The notes beneath the pieces were generated by a model. The model ran no database searches. It had not been told where the DNA came from and was given only the letters and a program-made list of their open reading frames with translations. Positions 8,489 to 17,428 of a DNA stretch of 64,000 nt are shown here, in pieces. The DNA is from Longimicrobiales bacterium. GTDB taxonomy: Bacteria; Gemmatimonadota; Gemmatimonadetes; Longimicrobiales; Gaopeijiaceae. Within the stretch, counting starts at the first letter, position 1; the number at the start of each line of letters is the position of its first letter. Made by a program: the position numbers and the translations under genes. The stretch is from contig JAWLHJ010000007.1 of the NCBI GenBank assembly GCA_041690395.1, positions 32,001 to 96,000 of the forward strand, read 5' to 3'.

Positions 8489-9309
8489 CGATCCTGGATA
8501 CACTCGAGCGCCTCGACCTCCTGGTGCCGCTCCTTACCGCGCACCTGTTGGCCGACTTCGTGTTCCAGACCGACCGGATGGCGGCGGGCAAGGACCGATG
8601 GGGTGCTCTGCTGGGCCACGTGACGGTCGTGGCGATCACGAGCTGGGCTCTGATCGGCCACGTGGGTGCCGTGCAGCTGATCGTCCTCGTTTCGCTGCTC
8701 CATCTCCTGATCGACATGGCGAAGACCACGGTGGAGCGACTGGCATTGACCGGCCGCGGGGATGACGCTTCGGAGCTGGCGTCGGGGTTCTGGCCTCGGA
8801 ACGGTCGTCCGACGCTGTTCCTGGGCGATCAGGCGCTCCACGTCGTGTCCCTGGTCGTCGCCGTGCAGGTGACGGCCGGGGTGCCGTTCCTCTCCGTTCC
8901 TCCTCCGGACGGGGGTATCTGGGCGGCCGCGCTCGGCCCCTCGTACCTCCGCTTCCTCGTGCTCGTGTCGGGCTGGGTCGTCGCCACCACGGGCGCCGGG
9001 TACTTCTTCGCCCAGTTCCTCGAACGCTTCGAGACCCAGCTGGAGCCTGATCAGCGTGGCGGGCTCTCGAAGGGCGGGTATTGGATCGGCGTGACCGAGC
9101 GGTCCCTCATCTACCTCTTCATCCTCGTCGGCGAGCCGACGGGCATCGGCTTCCTCGCCGCCGCCAAGTCCGTCTTCAGAATCGGGGAGCTGAGAGAGTC
9201 GAAGGACCGAAAGCTGGCCGAGTACATCCTGATCGGCACGTTGCTCAGCTTCGCCGCGGCGATGGTGGTCGGTCTCGCGACCCGGGCGGCGCTCGACGCG
9301 TTGCCGTAA
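8485..9309 (+). CDS. DUF3307 (SatE-like) polytopic membrane protein
   Basis: AHLLADFVFQT, HLLID, DQALH, GYWIGVTER, AAKSVFR, EYILIGTLLSF; GTGA overlap with satD. Confidence 0.8.
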   Translation: MTILDTLERLDLLVPLLTAHLLADFVFQTDRMAAGKDRWGALLGHVTVVAITSWALIGHVGAVQLIVLVSLLHLLIDMAKTTVERLALTGRGDDASELASGFWPRNGRPTLFLGDQALHVVSLVVAVQVTAGVPFLSVPPPDGGIWAAALGPSYLRFLVLVSGWVVATTGAGYFFAQFLERFETQLEPDQRGGLSKGGYWIGVTERSLIYLFILVGEPTGIGFLAAAKSVFRIGELRESKDRKLAEYILIGTLLSFAAAMVVGLATRAALDALP

Positions 9310-9324
9310 GGCGTCCGCCCGCCC

Positions 9325-10761
9325 TCAGCCGTCCCGCCGCCCCACCTGGCCCCCCACGCGGATCCAGCGCACCTCACCGGACTCATCGCGGATGAAGTCG
9401 CAGTTGATTCGGTCGCCACGGGTGTGGAACGCCACGTCCTCGCCGTAGAAGAGGACCGGTTCCGCCGGGTCTCCCACCAGCAGCCCACCGTCCGGAGCCG
9501 ACCGGACCTCGCGGGAGCGGCCGCGTCCGGTCCGGTAGCTGCCCACGTACTCGTCCGGTGATGGCTGACGGGCCAGGGGTGTGACGTGGTCGAGGGTCTC
9601 GGTGTGGCCCCGGTATCCGCAGATGGCCTGGTCGGAGGCCAGGGAGAGCCCTTCGTAGGCGCTCAGCGTGGCGCGTTCCACGACCTGGAGCAGCCGCCAG
9701 CCCTCGGTGTGGTTCGTGAGGATGGCGAACGCGAGGCGCCGCTCCGGGACGAGTTGGATGTGGCAGCGATGCCCCGCGCCCGCCGTCCCCCCGTGGGCTG
9801 CCGTGAGCACGCCGTCGAGGGTGCGCAGATGGAACCCCAGCCCCATCTGCTCGGTGGTGGGCTCCTTACGCAGTTGGGGACGGCGCATCGCTTCGCGACC
9901 CTGCCGGCCGAGGGCGCCGGGGCCCTCCCCGTCGTGCTCGCCCAGATGGAATGCCAGGTAGGTCATCAGGCTGTCGAGGCTCATGTTGACCCCGCCGGCG
10001 GGGATGCTGGAGCCCATGGAGTAGGGCCGCACGACCTGGGGCTCGCCTCCCGTCCCCGGGCGATGCCCCAGCGCCACCGGCCAGGTCACGATCTCCTCGA
10101 GCCGGGTGGACGCCCGCTCGAGTCCCACCGGCCCGAAGACCAGTGTATCCAGCGCATCGCGGAACTCCACGTCCGTGACCACTTCCACCAGACGCCCCGC
10201 CAGGCCGTACGCTGGGTTGTTGTAGCTCCACACCCGACCCGGAGGGGCGATCTGCTCGAGATCCCCCATGGTGGGGACCCACCGGGCGAGGGCGTCGGGC
10301 CCCTCGCCGACGTCGTAGCGCGCCTCCCAACCCGGTGAATGGGTGAGGAGGTGGCGCACCGTCACGTTCGAGCTGGTGATCGGGTCGCGGACGCCGAAGT
10401 CCGGCAGGTAGCGGCGGACGGGCGCGTCCAGATCCAGATGCCCCCGCTCGACGAGGGTCAGCACGGCCGTGGCGGTCACGGTCTTCGACAGGGACGCCAA
10501 CTCGAAGACCGTGTCCGTGGTCACCGGCCGCGGGTCCTCGACGCTCGTGACGCCGAAGCCCCGGGTGCGCAGGGTGCCGTCCTTGATCACCCCCAAGGCC
10601 GCCCCGGGAATCCGGTGCTCGGCCATCAGGCTCCGGACCCGGTTCGCCAGGTCGTCGAACGGTTCCGGCTGCGCGGGCCGCGGGCGCGCTGGAGCGTCCG
10701 CGACGCCCCGGAGCGCGGCCGGCAGCGCGAGGCCGGTGGCGAGGAAATGTCTTCGGTCCAA
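9325..10761 (-). CDS. Tat-exported serine hydrolase (class C beta-lactamase / PBP-like family)
   Basis: DRRHFL signal; SLSK (SxxK), YNN (YxN), HGG; LLTH. Confidence 0.88.
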   Translation of the reverse strand: MDRRHFLATGLALPAALRGVADAPARPRPAQPEPFDDLANRVRSLMAEHRIPGAALGVIKDGTLRTRGFGVTSVEDPRPVTTDTVFELASLSKTVTATAVLTLVERGHLDLDAPVRRYLPDFGVRDPITSSNVTVRHLLTHSPGWEARYDVGEGPDALARWVPTMGDLEQIAPPGRVWSYNNPAYGLAGRLVEVVTDVEFRDALDTLVFGPVGLERASTRLEEIVTWPVALGHRPGTGGEPQVVRPYSMGSSIPAGGVNMSLDSLMTYLAFHLGEHDGEGPGALGRQGREAMRRPQLRKEPTTEQMGLGFHLRTLDGVLTAAHGGTAGAGHRCHIQLVPERRLAFAILTNHTEGWRLLQVVERATLSAYEGLSLASDQAICGYRGHTETLDHVTPLARQPSPDEYVGSYRTGRGRSREVRSAPDGGLLVGDPAEPVLFYGEDVAFHTRGDRINCDFIRDESGEVRWIRVGGQVGRRDG

Positions 10762-10975
10762 GGTGCCGCTCCGCGGTTCGGGTGAGGTGATGGGCGCGCC
10801 GGCCCGCCTGCACGGACCGATCTACGGGATCTCCGCCTCCTGCACCACCCTCGGGGAGGGGCGGGTGAGGATCCCCGGAGGCGGTGTCCGACCGGAGCGT
10901 CGCGTCCTGGCGGCGCCTGCCGCTGACCGGCGCCATCGGAATGGTCACCACATCAGTCTTTACGCCCTGTTGGCG

Positions 10976-10991
10976 AGGCTCGCTTCTTGCT
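10976..10991 (+). promoter_or_regulatory. Possible sigma54 -24/-12 promoter of the RCC1-Fn3 gene
   Basis: AGGCTCGCTTCTTGCT has GG-N10-GC spacing, 60 nt upstream of ATG 11051. Confidence 0.4.
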
Positions 10992-11050
10992 TGTCGATTT
11001 CCTGGGAGGCGTGTCTGGCGCCTAAGATGCTTGAGGGCGAGGGGGCGGCC

Positions 11051-12880
11051 ATGAAGCGGGCGGCGTTCATCGGATTGGCGGGGTTTCTCGTGGGTGTGAG
11101 CGGGTGCGCACCGGATGCTCTTGCGCCCGAACTCATGGATGATCCCGGCACCCTCGCGGAGCTCGGTCACTCCGGCGCGCTGGAGGGAGCTGGGTTCATG
11201 CTGATCAGCGCGACCGGCGCCCCTTTCACGTGCGCTCTGAAGTCGCCCGGGGTGCCCTACTGCTGGGGCGTGGGCCGCGGCGCCGTCCCCACAGTCGTGA
11301 CCGGCGCGCCTGAGTTCATCCATCTCAGTGTCGGGCACGGTCATACCTGCGGAATCGACGCGGACGGCAACGCGTACTGTTGGGGGCAGAACGATTTCGG
11401 GGCGCTCGGGGACGGGGCCACGACGGTGCGCTCGCTGCCCGGGATGGTGACTGGTGGACACCGCTTCACGTCCATCAGTGCCGGATTCAGTCATACGTGC
11501 GGCCTCGAGGCCGATGGCGATGTGTACTGCTGGGGGAGCAACGCGACTGGCCAGCTCGGTGACGGTACGACCCTACATCGGCAAGAGCCTGTCGTCGTGA
11601 TGGGAGGGCAGCGCTTCGTTTCCATCGACGCCGGGTGGTTCCACACCTGCGGGCTCGAGGCCGACGGGTCCGCCTATTGTTGGGGTCTGGGTCGCGACGG
11701 GCGACTCGGCCACGGAGGAACGGACGACCGTTCCGTGCCCACTCGGGTGAGCGGCGGACTCATGTTCGCGTCGATCACCGCCGGAGGCTCACACACGTGC
11801 GGCACCGATACCGTAGGCGATGCCTACTGCTGGGGTAACAACTACTATGGAGCGCTGGGCGCATCAGGCGATCCCCACGCGCCGGCGCCAGTTATCGGGG
11901 CGTTCGCGTTCACCTCGATCAGCGCCGGAAGTTTTCACACATGTGCATTGGACCGGGAAGGACATGCCTACTGTTGGGGCGACGCCGAGTCCGGCAAGCT
12001 CGGTACGACGACCCATGCGCCCGGACCGAATCCCGTGGTGGGTGGCCTGGTCTTCGCGTCCATCAGTGCGGGAAGCGAGCACACGTGCGCCATCGACATG
12101 GAGGGAGACGCCTACTGTTGGGGCCAAAACGTGTGGGGGCAGATCGGCGATGGGACGACGGTGGACCGTGCGGTTCCCACAGCCGTCGTCGATCCGAGCG
12201 GTCACTCGGGCGCCGTGCCGACCGCCGCCGTCACCGATCTTTACCCCTGGGTCGTGACGGATACGCTGGTCCTCGTGCGCTGGACCGAGGTGGACGATGG
12301 GACCGGAGCTCCGGCGGACTACCGAGTGAAGTATTCGGAAGGGCAGCTGGCCGACTGGAAGACCGCCACCGTCGGTTGCGATCGCTGGGTCCGAGGTGAG
12401 GCGGTGGGCGCATTCATCCAGTGCGAGGTGGAAGGGTTGGAGCCGTCGACCGAGTATGAGTTCCAGCTCATGTCCTTCCGCATGGAGGATGGCCGCTGGG
12501 CCGGCGCGCGTTACTCCAATACGGCCAGGGCCACGACCCTCCAGCTGCGCACGGATCCGGTGACGGACCTGGCGGCTCGGGACGTGACGGAGGCCAGCAT
12601 GACCCTGGCCTGGACGCAGGTCGACGATGGCACCGGCGAGCCAGCCCGCTACCGGCTGAGATATGGTCCGGAGCCGATGATTCCTTGGCGAAGCGGTGCC
12701 ATCGGGTGTGACCTCGCGGGCGACGCCATCGGGGCGGAGATCGAATGCACCATCGATGGTCTCGAGCCCGGCGTCACCTACAGGGCCCTGCTCATGTCCT
12801 TCCGCCTGGAAGACGGAGTGTGGGTAGGAGCGCGCTATTCGAACTACGTCCTGATCACCACGGCGGAGAGCGGCGGCTGA
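11051..12880 (+). CDS. Lipoprotein with seven RCC1-like repeats and two Fn3-like domains
   Basis: Lipobox VSGC; seven F.SI.AG..HTC....G.AYCWG repeats; two VTDL..WT.VDDGTG.PA.YR..GLEP..LMSFR..GARYSN domains. Confidence 0.85.
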   Translation: MKRAAFIGLAGFLVGVSGCAPDALAPELMDDPGTLAELGHSGALEGAGFMLISATGAPFTCALKSPGVPYCWGVGRGAVPTVVTGAPEFIHLSVGHGHTCGIDADGNAYCWGQNDFGALGDGATTVRSLPGMVTGGHRFTSISAGFSHTCGLEADGDVYCWGSNATGQLGDGTTLHRQEPVVVMGGQRFVSIDAGWFHTCGLEADGSAYCWGLGRDGRLGHGGTDDRSVPTRVSGGLMFASITAGGSHTCGTDTVGDAYCWGNNYYGALGASGDPHAPAPVIGAFAFTSISAGSFHTCALDREGHAYCWGDAESGKLGTTTHAPGPNPVVGGLVFASISAGSEHTCAIDMEGDAYCWGQNVWGQIGDGTTVDRAVPTAVVDPSGHSGAVPTAAVTDLYPWVVTDTLVLVRWTEVDDGTGAPADYRVKYSEGQLADWKTATVGCDRWVRGEAVGAFIQCEVEGLEPSTEYEFQLMSFRMEDGRWAGARYSNTARATTLQLRTDPVTDLAARDVTEASMTLAWTQVDDGTGEPARYRLRYGPEPMIPWRSGAIGCDLAGDAIGAEIECTIDGLEPGVTYRALLMSFRLEDGVWVGARYSNYVLITTAESGG

Positions 12881-12942
12881 CCTGGCTGGTGGCTTTGGGG
12901 GCTGCGCATTCGCCGTAGGCTGGGCCGTGAGGTGGCCGCCCT

Positions 12943-14040
12943 CTAGGGCAGCGACACCTGCTGATCCTCCGGCATGTGGAATCCGGGCGTCGACACCGAG
13001 AGGGCCTTCTCCTCCTCCGTCATCCCTTCGGGGATGTCTTCGAAGAGCGGGGACGAGAGGTAGCGCTCTCCCGTGTCCGGGAGCATGCAGCAGATGACCG
13101 ACCCGGGCTCCGCGTCCTCGGCCACCTTCAGGGCGGCGCCGAAGGTCGCGCCTCCCGAGATGCCGGTGAAGATGCCCTCCGACCTCGCGAGCTTCCGTGA
13201 CCAGGCGATGGCGTCGGGTCCAGCGATGGGGACGACCCGGTCGACGTACCCCCCGTCCAGCGCTTCCTGCATGACGTGTGGGATGAAGTCGGGCGTCCAT
13301 CCCTGGATCGGGTGCGGCTCCCAGGACGGGTGGCTCTCCGCCGGCGCGTGCCCGGCGCCCCGCTTCTGGGGAATGCCGGAGCCGACGAGGGCGGCGTTGG
13401 TGGGCTCGCTCATGACGATCCGCGTCTCGGGACGTTCCCTACGGAGCACGCGTCCCACACCCGTCAACGTGCCGCCGGTGCCGTATCCGGTCACCCAATA
13501 GTCGAGGCGCTCCCCCTCGAAGTCGGCGAGCAGCTCCCGCGCCGTCGTATTCTCGTGGATCTTCGCGTTGGCGTCGGTCTCGAACTGCCGGGCGAGGAAC
13601 CAGCCGTTGGCCTCGGCCAGCTCCTTGGCCTTCATGTACATGCCGTACCCCTTCGCCGCCCGGGGCGTGAGCACGACCTTCGCGCCGAGGAAGCGCATCA
13701 GCCGCCTTCGCTCGATGGAGAAGCTGTCGGCCATCGTCACGACCAGCGGATAACCTTTCGCCGCGCACACCATGGCGAGGCCGATGCCGGTGTTGCCGCT
13801 CGTCGCTTCCACCACCGTCTGCCCGGGCTTCAGCGCCCCGCTGCGCTCGGCCTCCTCGATGATGCTGATCGCGAGGCGGTCCTTCACCGATCCGGCGGGG
13901 TTGAAGAGCTCCGCCTTCACGTACATCCGGACGTGATCCGGGGCGAGCCTGCGGACTCGCACGCACGGGGTGTCGCCGATCGTGTCGAGGATGCTGTCGT
14001 ACAACCGGCCGCGGCCGGACGTGGTCCTGGAGGAAGCCAT
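12943..14040 (-). CDS. cysK: Cysteine synthase (O-acetylserine sulfhydrylase)
   Basis: NPAGSVKDR, EATSGNTG, GTGGT, HPIQG, GISGGA, PDTGERYLS. Confidence 0.9.
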   Translation of the reverse strand: MASSRTTSGRGRLYDSILDTIGDTPCVRVRRLAPDHVRMYVKAELFNPAGSVKDRLAISIIEEAERSGALKPGQTVVEATSGNTGIGLAMVCAAKGYPLVVTMADSFSIERRRLMRFLGAKVVLTPRAAKGYGMYMKAKELAEANGWFLARQFETDANAKIHENTTARELLADFEGERLDYWVTGYGTGGTLTGVGRVLRRERPETRIVMSEPTNAALVGSGIPQKRGAGHAPAESHPSWEPHPIQGWTPDFIPHVMQEALDGGYVDRVVPIAGPDAIAWSRKLARSEGIFTGISGGATFGAALKVAEDAEPGSVICCMLPDTGERYLSSPLFEDIPEGMTEEEKALSVSTPGFHMPEDQQVSLP

Positions 14041-14148
14041 GGTGAGCCCTCGAATGGGTGTCTTGGATCGTACGGGCAACGGTAGTGTCCGCGCCGTGAG
14101 CCCCGGTCGCAAGGAGAGGCCTCGAGCGGTGGTCGTGTGCCCCTGTTC

Positions 14149-14184
14149 ATACATTGCAGCGTTATGTATACTAGATCTATGTAT
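14149..14184. promoter_or_regulatory. AT-rich inverted repeats upstream of padR, probable PadR operator
   Basis: ATACAT-N9-ATGTAT at 14149-14169 overlapping ATAC-TAGATCTAT-GTAT at 14168-14184. Confidence 0.55.
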
Positions 14185-14204
14185 CATGCCAGGCATCGCT
14201 CTCC

Positions 14205-14585
14205 ATGAGCATCAACAAGGATCTGGTCGCGGCGTCCTCGACGCCCATGGTCCTCGCCATCCTGGCCGAGGGCGACAGCTATGGCTACGCCATCCTGCAG
14301 CGGGTCCGTGAGCTCTCCGGCGGAGCACTGGAATGGACCGACGGGATGCTCTATCCGGTGCTCCATCGCCTGGAGAAGGCGGGCTTCGTTCAGTCCCGCT
14401 GGGAGAAGGCGGAGACGGGCAGGCGACGGAAGTACTATCGGGTGACCGAGGCAGGGCGGGAGCAACTGGCCGACGAGCGCCGCCAATGGCGGACCGTCGA
14501 CGACACGCTCCGTAAGGTCTGGTCCGCCCTGTCCGAGACCGCGCAGGGTGACGCGGGGCCCGTTCCCCTTCCTCGGTGGAGCTGA
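14205..14585 (+). CDS. PadR family transcriptional regulator
   Basis: SYGYAIL, GMLYPVLHRLEKAG, RRRKYYRVTEAG. Confidence 0.92.
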   Translation: MSINKDLVAASSTPMVLAILAEGDSYGYAILQRVRELSGGALEWTDGMLYPVLHRLEKAGFVQSRWEKAETGRRRKYYRVTEAGREQLADERRQWRTVDDTLRKVWSALSETAQGDAGPVPLPRWS

Positions 14586-14590
14586 GTCCG

Positions 14591-16003
14591 ATGGATCCGA
14601 GTCATCCGGGTGACGTCGCGGCGGGCTCGCTCGAGCAGCAGATCGACGCCTGGCGGGCCCACCTCCGGAGGAGTCGGGCCATCGCGGGCTCCGATGCAGA
14701 GGAGTTGGAAGACCACCTCCGTGAGCAGATCGCCACCCTCGGCGAGCACGGCCTATCCGATGACGAGGCCTTCCTGGTGGCGGTCAAGCGCATGGGCGCC
14801 ATCGACGCCCTGACCCGGGAGTTCGCGCGGGAGCACTCGGATCGTCTCTGGAAGCAGCTCGTCCTTGCGGGGGACGGGGCGGGCGGGGTCGGTGCCGAGC
14901 CACTGTCGGCCTATGGTTCCCGGCGCATGCGGATGGCCCTCGCCCTGGCGGTGGCCGCCGGCGTGGCCATCAAGGTTCCGGGGCTCTTCGGGATTCCGTT
15001 CGACCCGGACGCGAGCCTTTTCTACCCCGTCAACATCGCGTTCTTCACCCTCCCGTTCATTGCGGCGTACTTCGCGTGGGAACGGCCCCTGTCGACCTCC
15101 GGCCGGCTCTGGGCGGCGGGTGCGTTCATACTCGCGGCGGTCGCGGTCAACACCTTTCCGTTCTCCTTCGCGCCCTCCGAGGAGGCCGACACGCTCATCC
15201 TCACCATGCTCCACCTGCCCATCACACTCTGGATGGTCGTGGGCTTCGCCTACGTCGGTGGCCGGTGGCGGGGGAGCGAGCGGCCGATGGACTTCATCCG
15301 CTTCACCGGTGAGCTCTTCATCTACTACGTGCTCATCGGTCTGGGCGGGGGCGTCCTCATAGGGCTGACGTTCGTCCTTTTCGAAGCGATCGGCATCGAC
15401 GTGGAGCCCCTCGTGCAGGGGTGGATCCTGCCCTGCGGCGTCGCGGGCGCCACCGTCGTCGCCACGTGGCTGGTGGAGGCCAAGCAGAGCGTGATCGAGA
15501 ACATGGCGCCGGTGCTGGCGCGGATCTTCATCCCGCTCTTCGCGCTGGTGCTTCTCGCCTTCGTCGCGACCATGGCCGCGACGGGCCGGGGCATCGACGT
15601 GGAGCGGGAGATTCTGATCGCCGTCGACCTGCTGCTCGTGGTGGTCTTCGGATTGCTGCTCTATTCGATCTCGGCCCGGGATCCCCTGTCACCTCCCGGA
15701 CTCCTCGACGGGCTCCAGCTCACGCTGGTGGGGACCGCGCTGCTCGTCGACGTCCTCGCGCTGTGGGCCATCGGCGCCCGCATCTCGGAGATGGGGTGGA
15801 CGCCCAACCGCTTCTCGGCGCTGGGTATGAACGTGGTGCTACTGGTCAACCTGGCCGGCTCGGCCTTCCTCTACACACGGTTCCTCCGGGGCAGGGTCGT
15901 GTTCTCACGGCTCTGGGATTGGCAGATGACGTACGTCTGCGTCATTGCCGCATGGGCGGCTGTCGTGGCTTTCCTGTTTCCGGTGGTGTTCGGGTTCCGC
16001 TGA
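14591..16003 (+). CDS. Membrane protein with N-terminal permease-prefix (HAAS-like) domain, PadR partner
   Basis: ELEDHLREQ..L...GLSDDEAFLVAVKRMG followed by about 11 hydrophobic segments; alternative GTG start at 14576. Confidence 0.75.
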   Translation: MDPSHPGDVAAGSLEQQIDAWRAHLRRSRAIAGSDAEELEDHLREQIATLGEHGLSDDEAFLVAVKRMGAIDALTREFAREHSDRLWKQLVLAGDGAGGVGAEPLSAYGSRRMRMALALAVAAGVAIKVPGLFGIPFDPDASLFYPVNIAFFTLPFIAAYFAWERPLSTSGRLWAAGAFILAAVAVNTFPFSFAPSEEADTLILTMLHLPITLWMVVGFAYVGGRWRGSERPMDFIRFTGELFIYYVLIGLGGGVLIGLTFVLFEAIGIDVEPLVQGWILPCGVAGATVVATWLVEAKQSVIENMAPVLARIFIPLFALVLLAFVATMAATGRGIDVEREILIAVDLLLVVVFGLLLYSISARDPLSPPGLLDGLQLTLVGTALLVDVLALWAIGARISEMGWTPNRFSALGMNVVLLVNLAGSAFLYTRFLRGRVVFSRLWDWQMTYVCVIAAWAAVVAFLFPVVFGFR

Positions 16004-16039
16004 GGCAACGGGCACGCCTCGGAGAACTCCGGCGGCCGG

Positions 16040-16900
16040 CTACCTTCTGACCCAGACGGACTTGGGACCGTTGAGCAGCCGCATGTGTCCGGATCGGTCG
16101 ATGGCGAGCTGGAGGAGGTCGGGGCCGTCGGGCCTCTGGTATTCCAGGGTCACGATGCGCTTGCCCTCGTCGCTCTTCGTTTGGGCTTCAGTGATCACAC
16201 CGCCGACGCGAACGTCTCCTGGTCCGAAGTGGCTGAACGCATAGCCCGGCGCGATCCGTATGGTCCGGCCCTCGAGACGCTCGTCCATGGTCGTCCAAAC
16301 GCCGCGCACGATATCGGGCGCCAGCCCATCTCCCACGGGCTCCGAGACGTGGCCTCCCGCGGAGAGCCTGAGCCCAACCAGCCCGAGCGCGGCGATCCCG
16401 AGCAGACCCGCCAGAACGAACCTCAGGGGCACGCCACCGTCGTCTTCGGGGACGGGCGTCTCCACGACCGTGGGCCGGGGCACCGTTGTTGTCGGGCCTC
16501 CGAGCGACCAGGCGATCCCAGGCTGGTTACGGAGGTGCATGGTTCCGTCCGGACGCGTGACCATCTCCAGGCTGTTCGGTCCTTCCCGGGTCTGGTACTC
16601 GAGCCGGACGACCCGGTCGCCTTCCGCCTCGAACGCCCGGGCGGAGGTGAGTCTTCCGACCAGGGGCTCGGCGTCGCCGCGCTGGAGGACGACGGTGGTC
16701 GCCGACACCTCGATGCCGCGACCGGCGTAACGGGCGTCCGACGTCGTCCATTGCCCGCGGACATCCGCTGGAGCTTCCTCCAAGGCGGCGCCGGGCTCCC
16801 GGAGCACCCACCACCGCACGCCCACCGTCACGAGGAGCAAGGTTCCCAGAACGAAGTAGATCGCGACCGGTCGACGCTTGGCCTCTTTCTGCGCGACCAT
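16040..16900 (-). CDS. Hypothetical two-TM protein with two copies of a ~90-aa beta-rich domain
   Basis: VRGQWTTSDARY..RVVRLEYQ..MHLRN..W and VRGVWTTMDERL..RIVTLEYQ..MRLLN..W; ATG overlaps the pilin stop. Confidence 0.7.
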   Translation of the reverse strand: MVAQKEAKRRPVAIYFVLGTLLLVTVGVRWWVLREPGAALEEAPADVRGQWTTSDARYAGRGIEVSATTVVLQRGDAEPLVGRLTSARAFEAEGDRVVRLEYQTREGPNSLEMVTRPDGTMHLRNQPGIAWSLGGPTTTVPRPTVVETPVPEDDGGVPLRFVLAGLLGIAALGLVGLRLSAGGHVSEPVGDGLAPDIVRGVWTTMDERLEGRTIRIAPGYAFSHFGPGDVRVGGVITEAQTKSDEGKRIVTLEYQRPDGPDLLQLAIDRSGHMRLLNGPKSVWVRR

Positions 16901-17352
16901 CAGAAGATCTCCGCGAGGCCGATGAACCCGCCGTCGTTGGCGCGGACCACGTCATCCAGGGCGTTCGCCGCCGAGAAGGCCGCGGTGGTGGAGCCGTCCG
17001 GCCCGAGGCTGTAGAGGTCGAAGTCGCTGTTGACGTTCACCAGGAACTGGTCCTTCCGCTTCTCGGACTCGGCCGCTCCGGCGTGATCGAGGTAGACGTA
17101 CGCTCGACCCCAGGGGTCGAGCTCCATCGACCGGCCGACCTCCGCGAGGTTCGCGGGCAACCGGTTGTTGAGGATCCTGAACTCGTTGATCTCCTGTTGG
17201 AGCGCCGAAATCTCACCCACCGCATTGGCGACCTGTGCCCGCTCTCGCACGTCCTCGAAGGTCGGGATCGCGATGCTGGCCAGGATTCCGATCAAGCTCA
17301 TCACGACGAGGAGCTCGATGAGCGTGAAGCCCTTGTTGTCGTTGGGTATCAT
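16900..17352 (-). CDS. Orphan type IV pilin / GspG-like pseudopilin
   Basis: Class III signal KG|FTLIELLVV; DPWG.AY and DLYSLGPDG motifs. Confidence 0.85.
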   Translation of the reverse strand: MIPNDNKGFTLIELLVVMSLIGILASIAIPTFEDVRERAQVANAVGEISALQQEINEFRILNNRLPANLAEVGRSMELDPWGRAYVYLDHAGAAESEKRKDQFLVNVNSDFDLYSLGPDGSTTAAFSAANALDDVVRANDGGFIGLAEIF

Positions 17353-17412
17353 GTCCGGCTCGAATGCAACTCGATCAGTTCCCGAGGCGTTTCTCCGCAT
17401 CGCCGGTGGTTG

Positions 17413-17428
17413 ACAAGATGCGTGCCAA
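17413..17428 (-). promoter_or_regulatory. Sigma54 -24/-12 promoter of the pilin gene
   Basis: Minus strand TTGGCAC-GCATC-TTGT, about 60 nt upstream of ATG 17352; the -12 element is GT instead of GC. Confidence 0.6.

Noticed and set aside
10469..11050. 194-aa N-terminal extension of the RCC1 ORF
   Set aside because: It overlaps the serine hydrolase antisense; the lipoprotein signal begins at ATG 11051
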